64,000 nucleotides of DNA, taken from assembly GCA_048128005.1 (NCBI GenBank), contig JBEUKZ010000054.1:992001-1056000 (forward strand), written 5' to 3'. Position 1 is the stretch's first letter, and each line of letters opens with the position of its first letter. A model generated the notes under the pieces. The model ran no database searches and had not been told where the DNA came from. It was given only the letters and a program-made list of their open reading frames with translations. The stretch is from Veleropilina oligotropha (taxonomy: Eukaryota). The translations under genes were made by a program, and so were the position numbers. Shown in pieces: positions 1 to 9,099 of the stretch.

Positions 1-646
1 ATATGACATGGTAACCCAATCCGAGCTTGCCAGACGGATTCGAAATCAATACCAGGGTCAACTCGTAATCCTGTACGACCGTGTTCTCCGGCATCGGAAG
101 CTCACCCTAGACAAGAGCGACTCGTTGTGGAATATGAATGTGAACGTACCGGCGAGGTCGATGAAAGGAATACTACTGTTGTTCGAGGACCCTGCGAGAG
201 ACGCCGCGCCATTCTCTCGCGATACTGAGGCCTTCTATAATCCGAAGATCACAAAGGTCGAGGTCACAATCGAGGGTGTCCCGAATCAAATCTACAGCCA
301 GGGCATGCGAACATACCAGATCTGGGAAGAAGCCAAGAAAATGTTCGCCTCCGGCTGCAGCAAGCGGCATCCTGAGGTCGCGATGGTCGCAAAGGACTTG
401 GAGATGGCAGACGTCACCCTGGGCGAATTTCTGACTAAGAAATTTGCGCTCTGGATCGATATGCGGGTAACTGACGACGATCAGTTGCACGGGTCAGGCC
501 GGAGGGTCGAGAACGCCAGCGAAGGCATTACTATTCAGATCACTAAAACAGCCGAAGCGGCCGGTCCACTGAACGTCTACGAGTTCGTGATCATGGACGC
601 ACAGCTGAATATCGAGAATGGCCGATTCGTCGAAGCACTGTACTAA
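1..646 (+). CDS. Probable double-jelly-roll major capsid protein, C-terminal part (5'-truncated by window)
   Basis: Frame open from window start. Beta-strand-rich pattern (GILLLFED, KVEVTIEG, FALWIDMR, ITIQITK, FVIMDAQL) directly upstream of the packaging ATPase. Assignment from recalled family similarity and context. Confidence 0.65.
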   Translation, partial: YDMVTQSELARRIRNQYQGQLVILYDRVLRHRKLTLDKSDSLWNMNVNVPARSMKGILLLFEDPARDAAPFSRDTEAFYNPKITKVEVTIEGVPNQIYSQGMRTYQIWEEAKKMFASGCSKRHPEVAMVAKDLEMADVTLGEFLTKKFALWIDMRVTDDDQLHGSGRRVENASEGITIQITKTAEAAGPLNVYEFVIMDAQLNIENGRFVEALY

Positions 647-1250
647 ACGATTTCCGCACACCAAGGACCCCCACTCCGCAATCATCTGCGGCCAGACGGG
701 CTGTGGGAAGACGGTTTTCATGCTTGAACTGCTGGAAGGGGAGTATCGAGGCGTCTTCCGGCATATCGTGATCCTCTGCCCCACGATCAAGTACAACAAA
801 GCATACCAGTCTTGTCCGTGGATCTGGACCGACCCTGAGGTGTATTTAGTCCCCCCGGGTGAGCGACTCCATGACTGGCTGCGGGGGTTCTACCGGCTGT
901 TTCAGGGGGAGTCGACTCTGTACATAATCGACGACTGCGCCGCCAGCAAGGCTATGGCAAAGAAACGGGACATGCTGACTTTGTTGGCCTTCAGCGGCAG
1001 GCATGCTTCCCAGAGCGTATGGGTAGTGACGCAAAAGTACAACTCGGTCTTGAAGGAGCTCAGAGAGCAGACCCGCTGGGTCGCGCTGTTCCATTGCAAG
1101 GACCGCGACAGTTTCGAGGACTGTCTGCGCGAGAACGATGTAATCCCGTCGCAGGATGAACGGACCGCGGTTCGCAGGCTGTTGACCGAGACACGACACG
1201 CTAAGCTTCTGTTGAAAACTGATCAGCCCGTTGCTTATAGTGTGCTGTAG
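618..1250 (+). CDS. A32/FtsK-HerA-like DNA packaging ATPase
   Basis: Walker A GQTGCGKT, Walker B YIIDD, arginine-finger motif SGRH followed by VWVVTQ; 210 aa. Confidence 0.92.
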   Translation: MADSSKHCTKRFPHTKDPHSAIICGQTGCGKTVFMLELLEGEYRGVFRHIVILCPTIKYNKAYQSCPWIWTDPEVYLVPPGERLHDWLRGFYRLFQGESTLYIIDDCAASKAMAKKRDMLTLLAFSGRHASQSVWVVTQKYNSVLKELREQTRWVALFHCKDRDSFEDCLRENDVIPSQDERTAVRRLLTETRHAKLLLKTDQPVAYSVL

Positions 1251-1303
1251 CAGCTACTTGGCTAGCCCTAACATCTACTTAGCAGCTACTTAGCTAGCTA
1301 GGC

Positions 1304-2065
1304 ATGTCGGACGCGGTATACATAGCTTTTGCTTTCAGCCAGGGCCTGATCTTGTTGCTACTCGTAACGTTGTGGTATTGGCATTATCGCTATATTAGAC
1401 TGGCGAGGAGATGTTGGAAACGCTTAAGGATGGACAGCCTCATCGATCAACTCATGGATGACGAGGAAGAAATGACCGTGAGCAGCAGCTCACCCCGCTC
1501 GACGACCAAACGCTGCTCGCAGCACGAGGAACCTGAAACTGGCTCCATAGGGATGGCAAAGAAACGGGAGAGGCTTGCAGCATTAGCCGTTGGAGGACAG
1601 GCCCACCGATACATGGGGCGTAACCTCACAGTGGACCGGATAGACGACATGACTGACGACGAGGTTGAGAAACACCACGCACGGTATGAAGCGAAGCTAG
1701 GTGCTGACATGACGAAGACCCTCGGGGCCGCTGCTATACAGCTGTATGCGGGTGCAGCTGGGATGTTCCTGCCCATTCCACCAGCAAACCAGCTACGACT
1801 GATCGCCGACCTGGAGGCCGACCCGTTCATCTCACATGCCCTGACCACTGCAAGCTGTGAGCTGTATTATAAATATGGCATGTACCTCGCACCGCTGACC
1901 GCAGCGTTGACCACGGCTAAGCACTGCCAATTTGGACATGTTTGCCCGCCTAAGATACCAGATCAAGATGACAACGCCGGAAGTGGACCAAGTGATCGAG
2001 AGACAGCCGATCGAGAGCCAGCCGATAGAGAGGGTGACTTCTTCGACGGACTCATCAGTGAGTAA
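1304..2065 (+). CDS. Viral hypothetical protein with N-terminal hydrophobic segment
   Basis: 253-aa ORF; hydrophobic AFSQGLILLLLVTLWYW. The true start could be the internal Met at MDSLID. Confidence 0.7.
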   Translation: MSDAVYIAFAFSQGLILLLLVTLWYWHYRYIRLARRCWKRLRMDSLIDQLMDDEEEMTVSSSSPRSTTKRCSQHEEPETGSIGMAKKRERLAALAVGGQAHRYMGRNLTVDRIDDMTDDEVEKHHARYEAKLGADMTKTLGAAAIQLYAGAAGMFLPIPPANQLRLIADLEADPFISHALTTASCELYYKYGMYLAPLTAALTTAKHCQFGHVCPPKIPDQDDNAGSGPSDRETADREPADREGDFFDGLISE

Positions 2066-2459
2066 AAAGGACCCGAAAAAAGTGGCTGCAGGTCGGGCCG
2101 GCGCTGCTGCTCGAAAAGCCAAGCAGGAGAAGCTACTGGCCGCGGTTCGAAAAATGAAAGAAGACCTGAGTGCCCCAACAAGTGTTGTCGTTCCATCAGA
2201 ACAGCCCGGGGAGGCGGTTCCAGCCGCAGAAAGACCGTGTGCGCCAGATACACGGAAATCGGACCCATTTAATTGGACCCAGGTAGCCGTCGCTGCCGGT
2301 ACGGTTGCGTTGGTATTTGTTGTCTGGAAGACGTCCTCAGAACGCAGCAACCCTGGTCCATCCACACCACATCAACAGCCACCAGACGCGGACGCTCGGT
2401 GCTCTCGGGCCGCCCCCACTATCGAATTGAAGAAGCAGAACCCTTTTCATATGCAATAG
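1968..2459 (+). CDS. Viral hypothetical protein with basic motif and one putative TM helix
   Basis: ORF 1932-2459 (first ATG at 1968); KKDPKKVAAGRAGAAARKAK basic segment; VAVAAGTVALVFVVW hydrophobic helix. Confidence 0.65.
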   Translation: MTTPEVDQVIERQPIESQPIERVTSSTDSSVSKKDPKKVAAGRAGAAARKAKQEKLLAAVRKMKEDLSAPTSVVVPSEQPGEAVPAAERPCAPDTRKSDPFNWTQVAVAAGTVALVFVVWKTSSERSNPGPSTPHQQPPDADARCSRAAPTIELKKQNPFHMQ

Positions 2460-2484
2460 TCGCAAACGGTACTAATCAACAGTT

Positions 2485-2724
2485 ATGACTACCCCAATCA
2501 CTGATGGAAAGATGCTCGGCAACGCTGTATACCACGCCGCTATAGTGTCAGGCCTCGCCATAGGCTACGCACGCCTGACAAAGATGGTATTCAAGGGAGC
2601 GAGCCCCAAACTGGACTTCACGGGGTACGATGTCGGGATGGTCGTCCTCGACGTATCGCTCGCCATGGCGACGAAAGACATGCTGATCAAGCAAGGCATC
2701 ATTCCGGCCGATATATTGAAGTAG
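2485..2724 (+). CDS. Small hydrophobic viral protein
   Basis: 79-aa ATG ORF packed between neighbours on the same strand, with two hydrophobic stretches. Confidence 0.7.
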   Translation: MTTPITDGKMLGNAVYHAAIVSGLAIGYARLTKMVFKGASPKLDFTGYDVGMVVLDVSLAMATKDMLIKQGIIPADILK

Positions 2725-2755
2725 TGGGACCTTGCTAGATAATCGCAGCATTTCA

Positions 2756-3184
2756 ATGGCTTCCATTGCGATGCTGGTTGGGGGCGCTCTCGTCAACGCC
2801 CTCGCCTTCAGCGGCTCCAACTTCCTCTTCTCGAAGCTACGCAGCTCCGGTGTCGATGCGGAGCGTAAACGCCACGACATTGCTGTAGAACAGCTCAACG
2901 CTGCTCAGACTAAATGGTCACAACAGAGGGCAGAGCGTCTCGACTGGCTGAACGTTGAACTTCGCCGCCAGGGTCATGCCGTTGGGACATTCCGGGATGT
3001 TGACGCCGCGATCCGTGAGTATGCATTGATCACCGGCAAGAACCTTGACCCCGACCTGGGGGGTGGCCCTGAGCCCGCCCTGTCTGACTACTACACACCG
3101 AGCGATGCCCAGAAGGGACGTGAGATCACCTTCATCATCCTGGGGATGGCTGCGACCGGGTTGGTCGCCTACAAGCTCGCCTAA
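2756..3184 (+). CDS. Viral protein with hydrophobic N- and C-termini and central coiled coil
   Basis: MASIAMLVGGALVNALAFSGSNFLF..., ERKRHDIAVEQL coil, C-terminal ITFIILGMAATGLVAY. Confidence 0.75.
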   Translation: MASIAMLVGGALVNALAFSGSNFLFSKLRSSGVDAERKRHDIAVEQLNAAQTKWSQQRAERLDWLNVELRRQGHAVGTFRDVDAAIREYALITGKNLDPDLGGGPEPALSDYYTPSDAQKGREITFIILGMAATGLVAYKLA

Positions 3185-3225
3185 TTATTTCCAGTGGACA
3201 TTTTTTTCGTGTGCCAGGTATAGTA

Positions 3226-3447
3226 ATGGGGCTCCCAGAAGAGCTGTACTGCGCTATGCTTGCGGTCGGCTATAGTACTACGTTACTCGACTGCTGGCGC
3301 CGCGACGAAAAGACTATGGTGCGGTTCGCGGTCCTGGTGCTCTCGGGCCCGACCAACCTACGGGCGACCACTGCGCAGCGACCGGCTCCGGAAGCTGAAG
3401 CCTGTTGGAGACTGATCAGTTTACTGGAATACATTGCTGATGGATAG
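3226..3447 (+). CDS. Small hypothetical viral protein
   Basis: ATG ORF filling the gap before the integrase and overlapping its start. Confidence 0.4.
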   Translation: MGLPEELYCAMLAVGYSTTLLDCWRRDEKTMVRFAVLVLSGPTNLRATTAQRPAPEAEACWRLISLLEYIADG

Positions 3448-4438
3448 TAAGCTTGCGAGGATGTACTACAGCCCTAAGGGCTACTGGAAAGGCATTGCCG
3501 CGATAAAGAAACTAGCTGACGCTGCCAAGGCATCTGAAGTGGAGGCCCGTACATGGCTTAAGAGGCAGGCTATATGGCAGATCTATTTACCTGCGCCACG
3601 GCGGATTCCAAGACCACGGTTTGACGTTACGACGCCGAACGAGGTTCACCAAGCCGACCTCCTGTTTCTCCCCCATGACAAGGTCAGACACAAGACCTAT
3701 AAGTACGCTTTGACTGTGGTTGATGTGGCCAGTCGCTTTAAAGAGGCTGAGCCTCTGGTCACAAAAGAGGCCAAAGGGGTTGCTGAAGCACTAGCCCGAA
3801 TCTACAGGCGGAGTCCTCTTGGCTGGCCGAAACTGCTTCAAGTCGATCCAGGGCGAGAGTTTATGGGCGCGGTTTCCCAGCTGCTGGCAAAGAATAACGT
3901 CGAGGTTAGGCGTGGCCGTGTGGATATCCATCGCGATCAGGGCATTGTGGAGCGCTTCAACCGGACGCTCGCTGAGCGGCTCTTCGGGCACCAGTATGCA
4001 ACAGAGATGCGGTTTGCAGAGTCTGCGAAAGAGGGTCAAAGGTCAACTGAGTGGGTCGCCCGGTTAGCAGCTGTAGTTGCGGCCTTGAATGGGGAAGTGA
4101 CCAGGCTGACCGGTAAAAAGCCCAAGGACGCCATCAAGGCACCTCGCGTTGCCCAAAAGCCAGGCGCCACTGTTCCAGGCCGACAGGGGAAGGAACAGAA
4201 ACTCCCCTCTGACGTAGATGTTCGCTACCTTTACTACGATGGTGAGCTGGAGGGGGGTCATCGCCGTGCTACTGACCCGGTGTGGTCTCTAAAAGTTTAC
4301 AGGCTTGGACGCTCCGTCACTAAGCCTGACGAGCCTGTGCTCTACTACTTGCTGGATGGACCACCGCGTGGCTTCGTTCGTGAGGAACTTCTCGTGGTGC
4401 CTCGTGATACCCAGCTGCCGCCGGTTCTCAGGCGTTAA
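3440..4438 (+). CDS. Retroviral-like (rve, DDE) integrase
   Basis: HQADL (D1), YALTVVDVASRF, LQVDPGREF (D2), IVERFNRTL (E); intact ~332 aa. Confidence 0.95.
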   Translation: MDSKLARMYYSPKGYWKGIAAIKKLADAAKASEVEARTWLKRQAIWQIYLPAPRRIPRPRFDVTTPNEVHQADLLFLPHDKVRHKTYKYALTVVDVASRFKEAEPLVTKEAKGVAEALARIYRRSPLGWPKLLQVDPGREFMGAVSQLLAKNNVEVRRGRVDIHRDQGIVERFNRTLAERLFGHQYATEMRFAESAKEGQRSTEWVARLAAVVAALNGEVTRLTGKKPKDAIKAPRVAQKPGATVPGRQGKEQKLPSDVDVRYLYYDGELEGGHRRATDPVWSLKVYRLGRSVTKPDEPVLYYLLDGPPRGFVREELLVVPRDTQLPPVLRR

Positions 4439-7400
4439 CAACCGCAAATCCTCGTTTCCGGTTACATTCCAGACACGTTAAGCGCACGTTGTCGCGGGTG
4501 TGGCCCCTGCTGTTGTCCACACGGTCGACACTGAACTGCTGTGTGTCCTTCGGGGAATATGCCCAGAGCAGCTCTATGTTGCATGCTGCGCAGCGGTTGT
4601 TTTGGGCCTCTCTGAGCCGCAGGATGTCGTCGACCTTGAGGTTAAACCCCGGGAGTCCCGTTGCCTGGTCCTGGCGTTTGTACGCCACAAGCTTTTTCTG
4701 GATGGTCTTTCGGAGCTGTTGCTCGGTTTGGGGCCGGGGCTTGTCCTCAGAACCCTCATCCGGTGGACAGGTTACCCGTTCGAGCTGACGCAGCAGCTCC
4801 ACCCGGGACACGGCTAGGTAGGCGAGATTACTCCACTGAAGGTAGTCGTCGATGATCCAGACTTTCTGTGGGTCGTGAATCGTAAGACCCTGGCTCGAAT
4901 GGATGGTCAGGGCATAGCCCAGGCGCCAATCCGGGGTCAGGATAGCCCGCTCAGCGGCCTCAATGGTGACCTCGACGACGTCGTTCAGAACTAGCTCCTC
5001 TCTGTCGCTGGTGCCCGGAATGGTTACCATGATGTTCTGTTTTCTGCTGTCCCTGGGGTGGTACAGGATAGGCACCATGGAGTCTGGGAAGTGCTCCTTG
5101 TGCCTCTGGAGCAACAGCTCTTGAGCCCGTTCGCGGACCTTCTGACGGCTTGTGAGGATTAGGTCGCCTGGCTTCCAGGTGTTGACGAACCGGTCCCACC
5201 CGAGGCAGCTGGGGAGGGTCCGTCGCATCTCGTCGCACTGGACTTTGTCGGGCTGGAGACGGATACGTCTTTTCAGGGCTTGGAGGGCAGGGTCGTCTTT
5301 CGCCCTGTAGTCTACTTCGATCTCTTCATAGTAGTCCGCGGTCTTTCGCAGCCAATCGTGCGGCATCTCGCCCGTAATCGGTGGTGGCTGGCCTTGATCA
5401 CCACAGCAGATAACCTGCACTTCGTGGCGGCCCAGCCAGTCCAAGAACATCTCTAGAATAGCCCGGGGAACAGTACAGACCTCGTCCCAGATAATGACGC
5501 GCGGGATGAACTTCTGACCCATGCGGTCAGGCGTCCAGTCATTCTGGCCGCTCCATCGGAAGAAGCTGTGGTAGGTCTGGGCTTTGACGCCTCTGGTCCG
5601 CATCTCTTTAGCGAGGCGGTGGGTTGGTGTGAACACGACGGGATTCCTTGCCCGAAAGAGCTCGATCGCTCTCGTAGTCTTGCCACAGCCCCCTCCACCG
5701 TTGAGGTAACTCAGGCGATGGTGGGTCAGTGTGTCATTGTAGCATGGCGCGGTGCTCGGCTGGCTGGAATTGGCGGCACAACAATACTCTGGCTTGGGTA
5801 GGTATGCGGCATGTTCCTGTGGCATATACAGCTGTTCGCCCTTGTCACGCCACTGGGCTGGTGCTACTGGCGGAAGGTACGGCTCCGCGATCAGACATGA
5901 GATGCACGATTTCTCGCCACAGCCGCAGAGTCTGGGGGCAACGTACACCGTGACATCGTCGAGCTTCTCCAACGAGGCCTTCTTGAGGTAGATGCTGTCA
6001 GTAGCTACTCGGACGGCTTCTGCTGCACTGAAACGCTGAAGCATGCTCAAGAGGTTTATGTGGGCATAGGCCAACATGGACGCCCTCAGGTGGGCGTACT
6101 GAGGCTGGGAGCCATCATAGTACGTGAGGATGTGCCCCATAGGGCATCTCTGAGGAGCGCCAACCAGGGTGCCGCTTTGGCGGGTGTCTCTTACGAGGAA
6201 GTCGAGCTCACCCTGGTCGGTCACCAGTCTACGAGTCAATCGCTTTCCGTCAGCTTTGGCGCCTTGGGTGAATTTGCCGATGATACTGCAGCCCTGGTCA
6301 CGATCCGGAGGAAGCCAGACATCGGTCTGCTTTTTGAATGCGATGATGGCTTCTCGGATCTTGAGGCTTTTTAGCAGTCCAGAGTCTATGAGGAAGGCGA
6401 GCAGCGGGGTTGGTGCCCATCCATTCTCTGCAAAGTGCTTCCCGAACCATGCTACAATGACGGGGTGGATGTCTTGTGCGAACTCCCATTCCACGACCTC
6501 AGCAAACCCGGTGCCGATATCTTCGGGAAGAGGACCGTTAATTGCGACCCGGGTCATGCTGTGGGTTGGGTGCCCGAATCTTTCGAAGTACGGCTTAGCC
6601 TCGCCCTTCCCCAGAAAGCTTGCAGGGTAGCAGGATTTCATATCGATGCAGCAGACATCGCCCGTGTCGTAATTCATGGAATTCCACAGGCCGCCGTGGC
6701 CATGCTCTACACAGGCCTTCTGGATGTCATCGAGCAGGGCCGCTGGGGTGGGTTTCCAGCCGTTGGTCTCCTTAGCCATAATGCTAGCTGCATGGTTCAC
6801 GCCAAAGGCTCGATCGGCTAGGGACTCATTCCCCAGCGCTGTACAGGCTTCTTGGAGTCTCTCGTGAGCCTCTTTTGTCCGGTAAGTGCGGCCATCTTGC
6901 AGCACGAACTGGTCCACGCCGAGCTGTCGGTCTTTACCGCCTAGGAGCCAGACAGCCAATGGCTCATTCTGTGTGGCTTGTCGAATAGCTTCCCAGACAT
7001 CGCCCTCATACAGGTGGACCTCTCTACTTTGCGGGAAGTGTAGGTCCTTCGACCAGGCGTGGCCGTTGTGACAGATGAGTTCTATGGACTTCCACATACT
7101 GGCCTGGTATTTCCCACTGTTGTAGATGTCGGCACCTGCAATGTCTCTCAAGGTGATCGCCCGTTTGAGGATCTTCTCGAGGGTAGCTATATCATCCACA
7201 GTGGCGCCTGTTACATGGACTCGCTCTTCCCACTCCAGTATTTTCTGCCGCCTTGTCGGGGTGAGTCCGTGTCCTCTAAGGGCACCTTCGAAGTGCTCAA
7301 CCACTCGTTGGGCAACGCAGTTGAGGTCGCCGTTCTTCATCGGAACCAGGTTGGCGGGGTTTGGTTCTCTGAGAGGATAGACGCCGTAGACGACTGCAGT

Positions 7401-8264
7401 GACCGGGTAGGCATTCTCGTAGTAGACCTTGTCGACCCCAGTGATAGCACCCGGCTTAGTGTCCTGAGAGATCTCAAAGACACCCTGGCCCTTCTTCCTC
7501 GCAGCTTTCACCGGGTCAAACTTGTCTTCGACCACCCAGTCACCTTCACCCCACTCACGCAAGAACTTTATTCTAAGGACATACTCGCCCTTTGGAAGGG
7601 CTGTGAGGAGCTGTGCCGCCCTTGCATCTGTCATACGGGCATCCAGGGCCAGCCGTCCAGCCACTTCTACCCTCCATGTGGAGAAAGCCGCCGCGGCGCC
7701 ATCGACCTCAAACTCGTCTTTGGCGTCGCTCAAGAGTTCCACCCATGGCTCTTTTGCTGGGAGCCTTACTGGGGGAGGGACCTGGTCATCCAGGTCGATG
7801 AATCGTTGTCCCTCGGGTGTGGTAAATTGCCCTAGAAGATCCTTCTGGTAGTCCTGGGCTGTCCGGGGCGTTTTGGAGATGAGAAGATCGGGCCCCTTCC
7901 GAGCAATAGCATGGGCAAGGGTCTCTTTCCGAGACCGCTTGACGATTCGATCCGCGATGGCGCGAAGTGGCTTCAGTCGAATCCTGGGATTTTTCTCAGC
8001 CTGGGATTCGTATTTACGAGCCTGCAGGGCGGCGTCGACCTCGTCCTTAATCTGCCGCAACTCGCGAGCACGTCGGCCTCTTTTGTGGGGGTTCTCCACA
8101 TCTCCACGTATGGAGGGGAACCTTCCCGTTTTCATCGCCCGCTCGAGTCTGCTCCGAAACTCCGCAGCACGGACCCTGGCGATTGCCCTGATGAGGTCGT
8201 GCTTCTTGAGCTTCGACCGAGCGGGAATCCCATAATCTTTCGCTAGATTGCGCAGGTCATCCAT
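4428..8264 (-). CDS. Multidomain replication protein: HeH/Rho-N-like N-terminus, putative vOTU-like protease, PolB palm, SF1 (RecD/Pif1-like) helicase, HNH endonuclease
   Basis: PolB motifs IDMKSCYP, CSIIGKF, ASMLAYAH and VATDSIY. Helicase motifs GGGGCGKT, IIWDE, GDQGQPPPI, TIHSSQG and YLAVSR. C-terminal CAAC...SVDRVDNSRGHTRDNVRLTCLECN HNH. N-terminal DLRNLAKDYGIPARSKLKKHDLIRAI. ATG at 8264 (GTG at 8282). Confidence 0.9.
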   Translation of the reverse strand: MDDLRNLAKDYGIPARSKLKKHDLIRAIARVRAAEFRSRLERAMKTGRFPSIRGDVENPHKRGRRARELRQIKDEVDAALQARKYESQAEKNPRIRLKPLRAIADRIVKRSRKETLAHAIARKGPDLLISKTPRTAQDYQKDLLGQFTTPEGQRFIDLDDQVPPPVRLPAKEPWVELLSDAKDEFEVDGAAAAFSTWRVEVAGRLALDARMTDARAAQLLTALPKGEYVLRIKFLREWGEGDWVVEDKFDPVKAARKKGQGVFEISQDTKPGAITGVDKVYYENAYPVTAVVYGVYPLREPNPANLVPMKNGDLNCVAQRVVEHFEGALRGHGLTPTRRQKILEWEERVHVTGATVDDIATLEKILKRAITLRDIAGADIYNSGKYQASMWKSIELICHNGHAWSKDLHFPQSREVHLYEGDVWEAIRQATQNEPLAVWLLGGKDRQLGVDQFVLQDGRTYRTKEAHERLQEACTALGNESLADRAFGVNHAASIMAKETNGWKPTPAALLDDIQKACVEHGHGGLWNSMNYDTGDVCCIDMKSCYPASFLGKGEAKPYFERFGHPTHSMTRVAINGPLPEDIGTGFAEVVEWEFAQDIHPVIVAWFGKHFAENGWAPTPLLAFLIDSGLLKSLKIREAIIAFKKQTDVWLPPDRDQGCSIIGKFTQGAKADGKRLTRRLVTDQGELDFLVRDTRQSGTLVGAPQRCPMGHILTYYDGSQPQYAHLRASMLAYAHINLLSMLQRFSAAEAVRVATDSIYLKKASLEKLDDVTVYVAPRLCGCGEKSCISCLIAEPYLPPVAPAQWRDKGEQLYMPQEHAAYLPKPEYCCAANSSQPSTAPCYNDTLTHHRLSYLNGGGGCGKTTRAIELFRARNPVVFTPTHRLAKEMRTRGVKAQTYHSFFRWSGQNDWTPDRMGQKFIPRVIIWDEVCTVPRAILEMFLDWLGRHEVQVICCGDQGQPPPITGEMPHDWLRKTADYYEEIEVDYRAKDDPALQALKRRIRLQPDKVQCDEMRRTLPSCLGWDRFVNTWKPGDLILTSRQKVRERAQELLLQRHKEHFPDSMVPILYHPRDSRKQNIMVTIPGTSDREELVLNDVVEVTIEAAERAILTPDWRLGYALTIHSSQGLTIHDPQKVWIIDDYLQWSNLAYLAVSRVELLRQLERVTCPPDEGSEDKPRPQTEQQLRKTIQKKLVAYKRQDQATGLPGFNLKVDDILRLREAQNNRCAACNIELLWAYSPKDTQQFSVDRVDNSRGHTRDNVRLTCLECNRKRGFAVVNA

Positions 8265-8312
8265 GTTGCTGGGGGGGTACACACTAGGATCTTTACTTCT
8301 CTAATATGAAAT

Positions 8313-8588
8313 TTACGCGTGGTAAATTGCAGCCATGCGGAGAAACTCTCTCTCGAAGGCCCTTTTCTTTCGTTGCCAGTCCATACCGTTCTCACTCTTA
8401 TACCCACAGCCCTTACACAACGTAAGCCGGTTGAAAACGCCCTTCCCGCATTTGCTGCAGGGTTTTGTGCCCCGGCCATTTCGCCGTTGCCGAGCCAGAT
8501 GGACTTTGCAATACGTGTTCAGACATCTCTTACCACATAGCTCCGTGGAGCTGATGGTGAGCCATTGACAGGTGTCCGTTCCCCACAT
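8313..8588 (-). CDS. Small Cys/His-rich zinc-finger protein
   Basis: CQW...CGKRC...YCKVH and CSKC...CKGC, with a basic C-terminus; immediately upstream of the large fusion ORF. Confidence 0.65.
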   Translation of the reverse strand: MWGTDTCQWLTISSTELCGKRCLNTYCKVHLARQRRNGRGTKPCSKCGKGVFNRLTLCKGCGYKSENGMDWQRKKRAFEREFLRMAAIYHA

Positions 8589-8633
8589 ATTGATAGCGGT
8601 TATCATTGTATATACCAGTCTCTAATAGATATT

Positions 8634-8915
8634 ATGACACTAAGATATCGAGCCCGGTGCACGGTGAGAAATAACCGGCATGTTAGACGTTGTGTAGTTA
8701 TACTTGAAAGCAACATGCCACAGGAAGACATTATTACGCTGTACAGCGAACGGAGCTTCAGGCGCGTTAAAAACCTCTTAAACCGGGGCTATAACGTTTT
8801 GATCGTTGTACTCGACAATGGTGAACAAGCGATATATAAGAAGAAGACCAAAGACGGTAGAAAGGGAGTTGCACGAAATCAAACTCACCCCCCCTGCTAC
8901 TGCTCGCATAACTGA
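8634..8915 (+). CDS. Small basic hypothetical viral protein
   Basis: ATG at 8634, divergent from the zinc-finger gene across a short AT-rich gap containing TATATA. Confidence 0.45.
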   Translation: MTLRYRARCTVRNNRHVRRCVVILESNMPQEDIITLYSERSFRRVKNLLNRGYNVLIVVLDNGEQAIYKKKTKDGRKGVARNQTHPPCYCSHN

Positions 8916-9099
8916 GGAGCCCGGGCCGGCGAGGGTAGTGGGCCGTCCCTGGGGGCTCTATGTCGCTGTACACACGGTAACTTTTTTGTAATACACGATA
9001 TACCCTGGGGTCTGAAATATAGCTGGGAGCCTTCCCGGTCGCCCCGGGGCCCTAGTCTAAACTCCCCTGCTGACTAGTCCGAGCTACCCTGAGTTCTGA

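Noticed and set aside
173..4261. Minus-strand ORFs opposite the capsid, ATPase and integrase genes
   Set aside because: Shadow ORFs fully overlapping well-supported genes.
4489..8246. Plus-strand ORFs opposite the Pol-helicase gene (e.g. 7059-7835, 6169-6630)
   Set aside because: Antisense shadows of a GC-rich coding frame, with no recognisable motifs.
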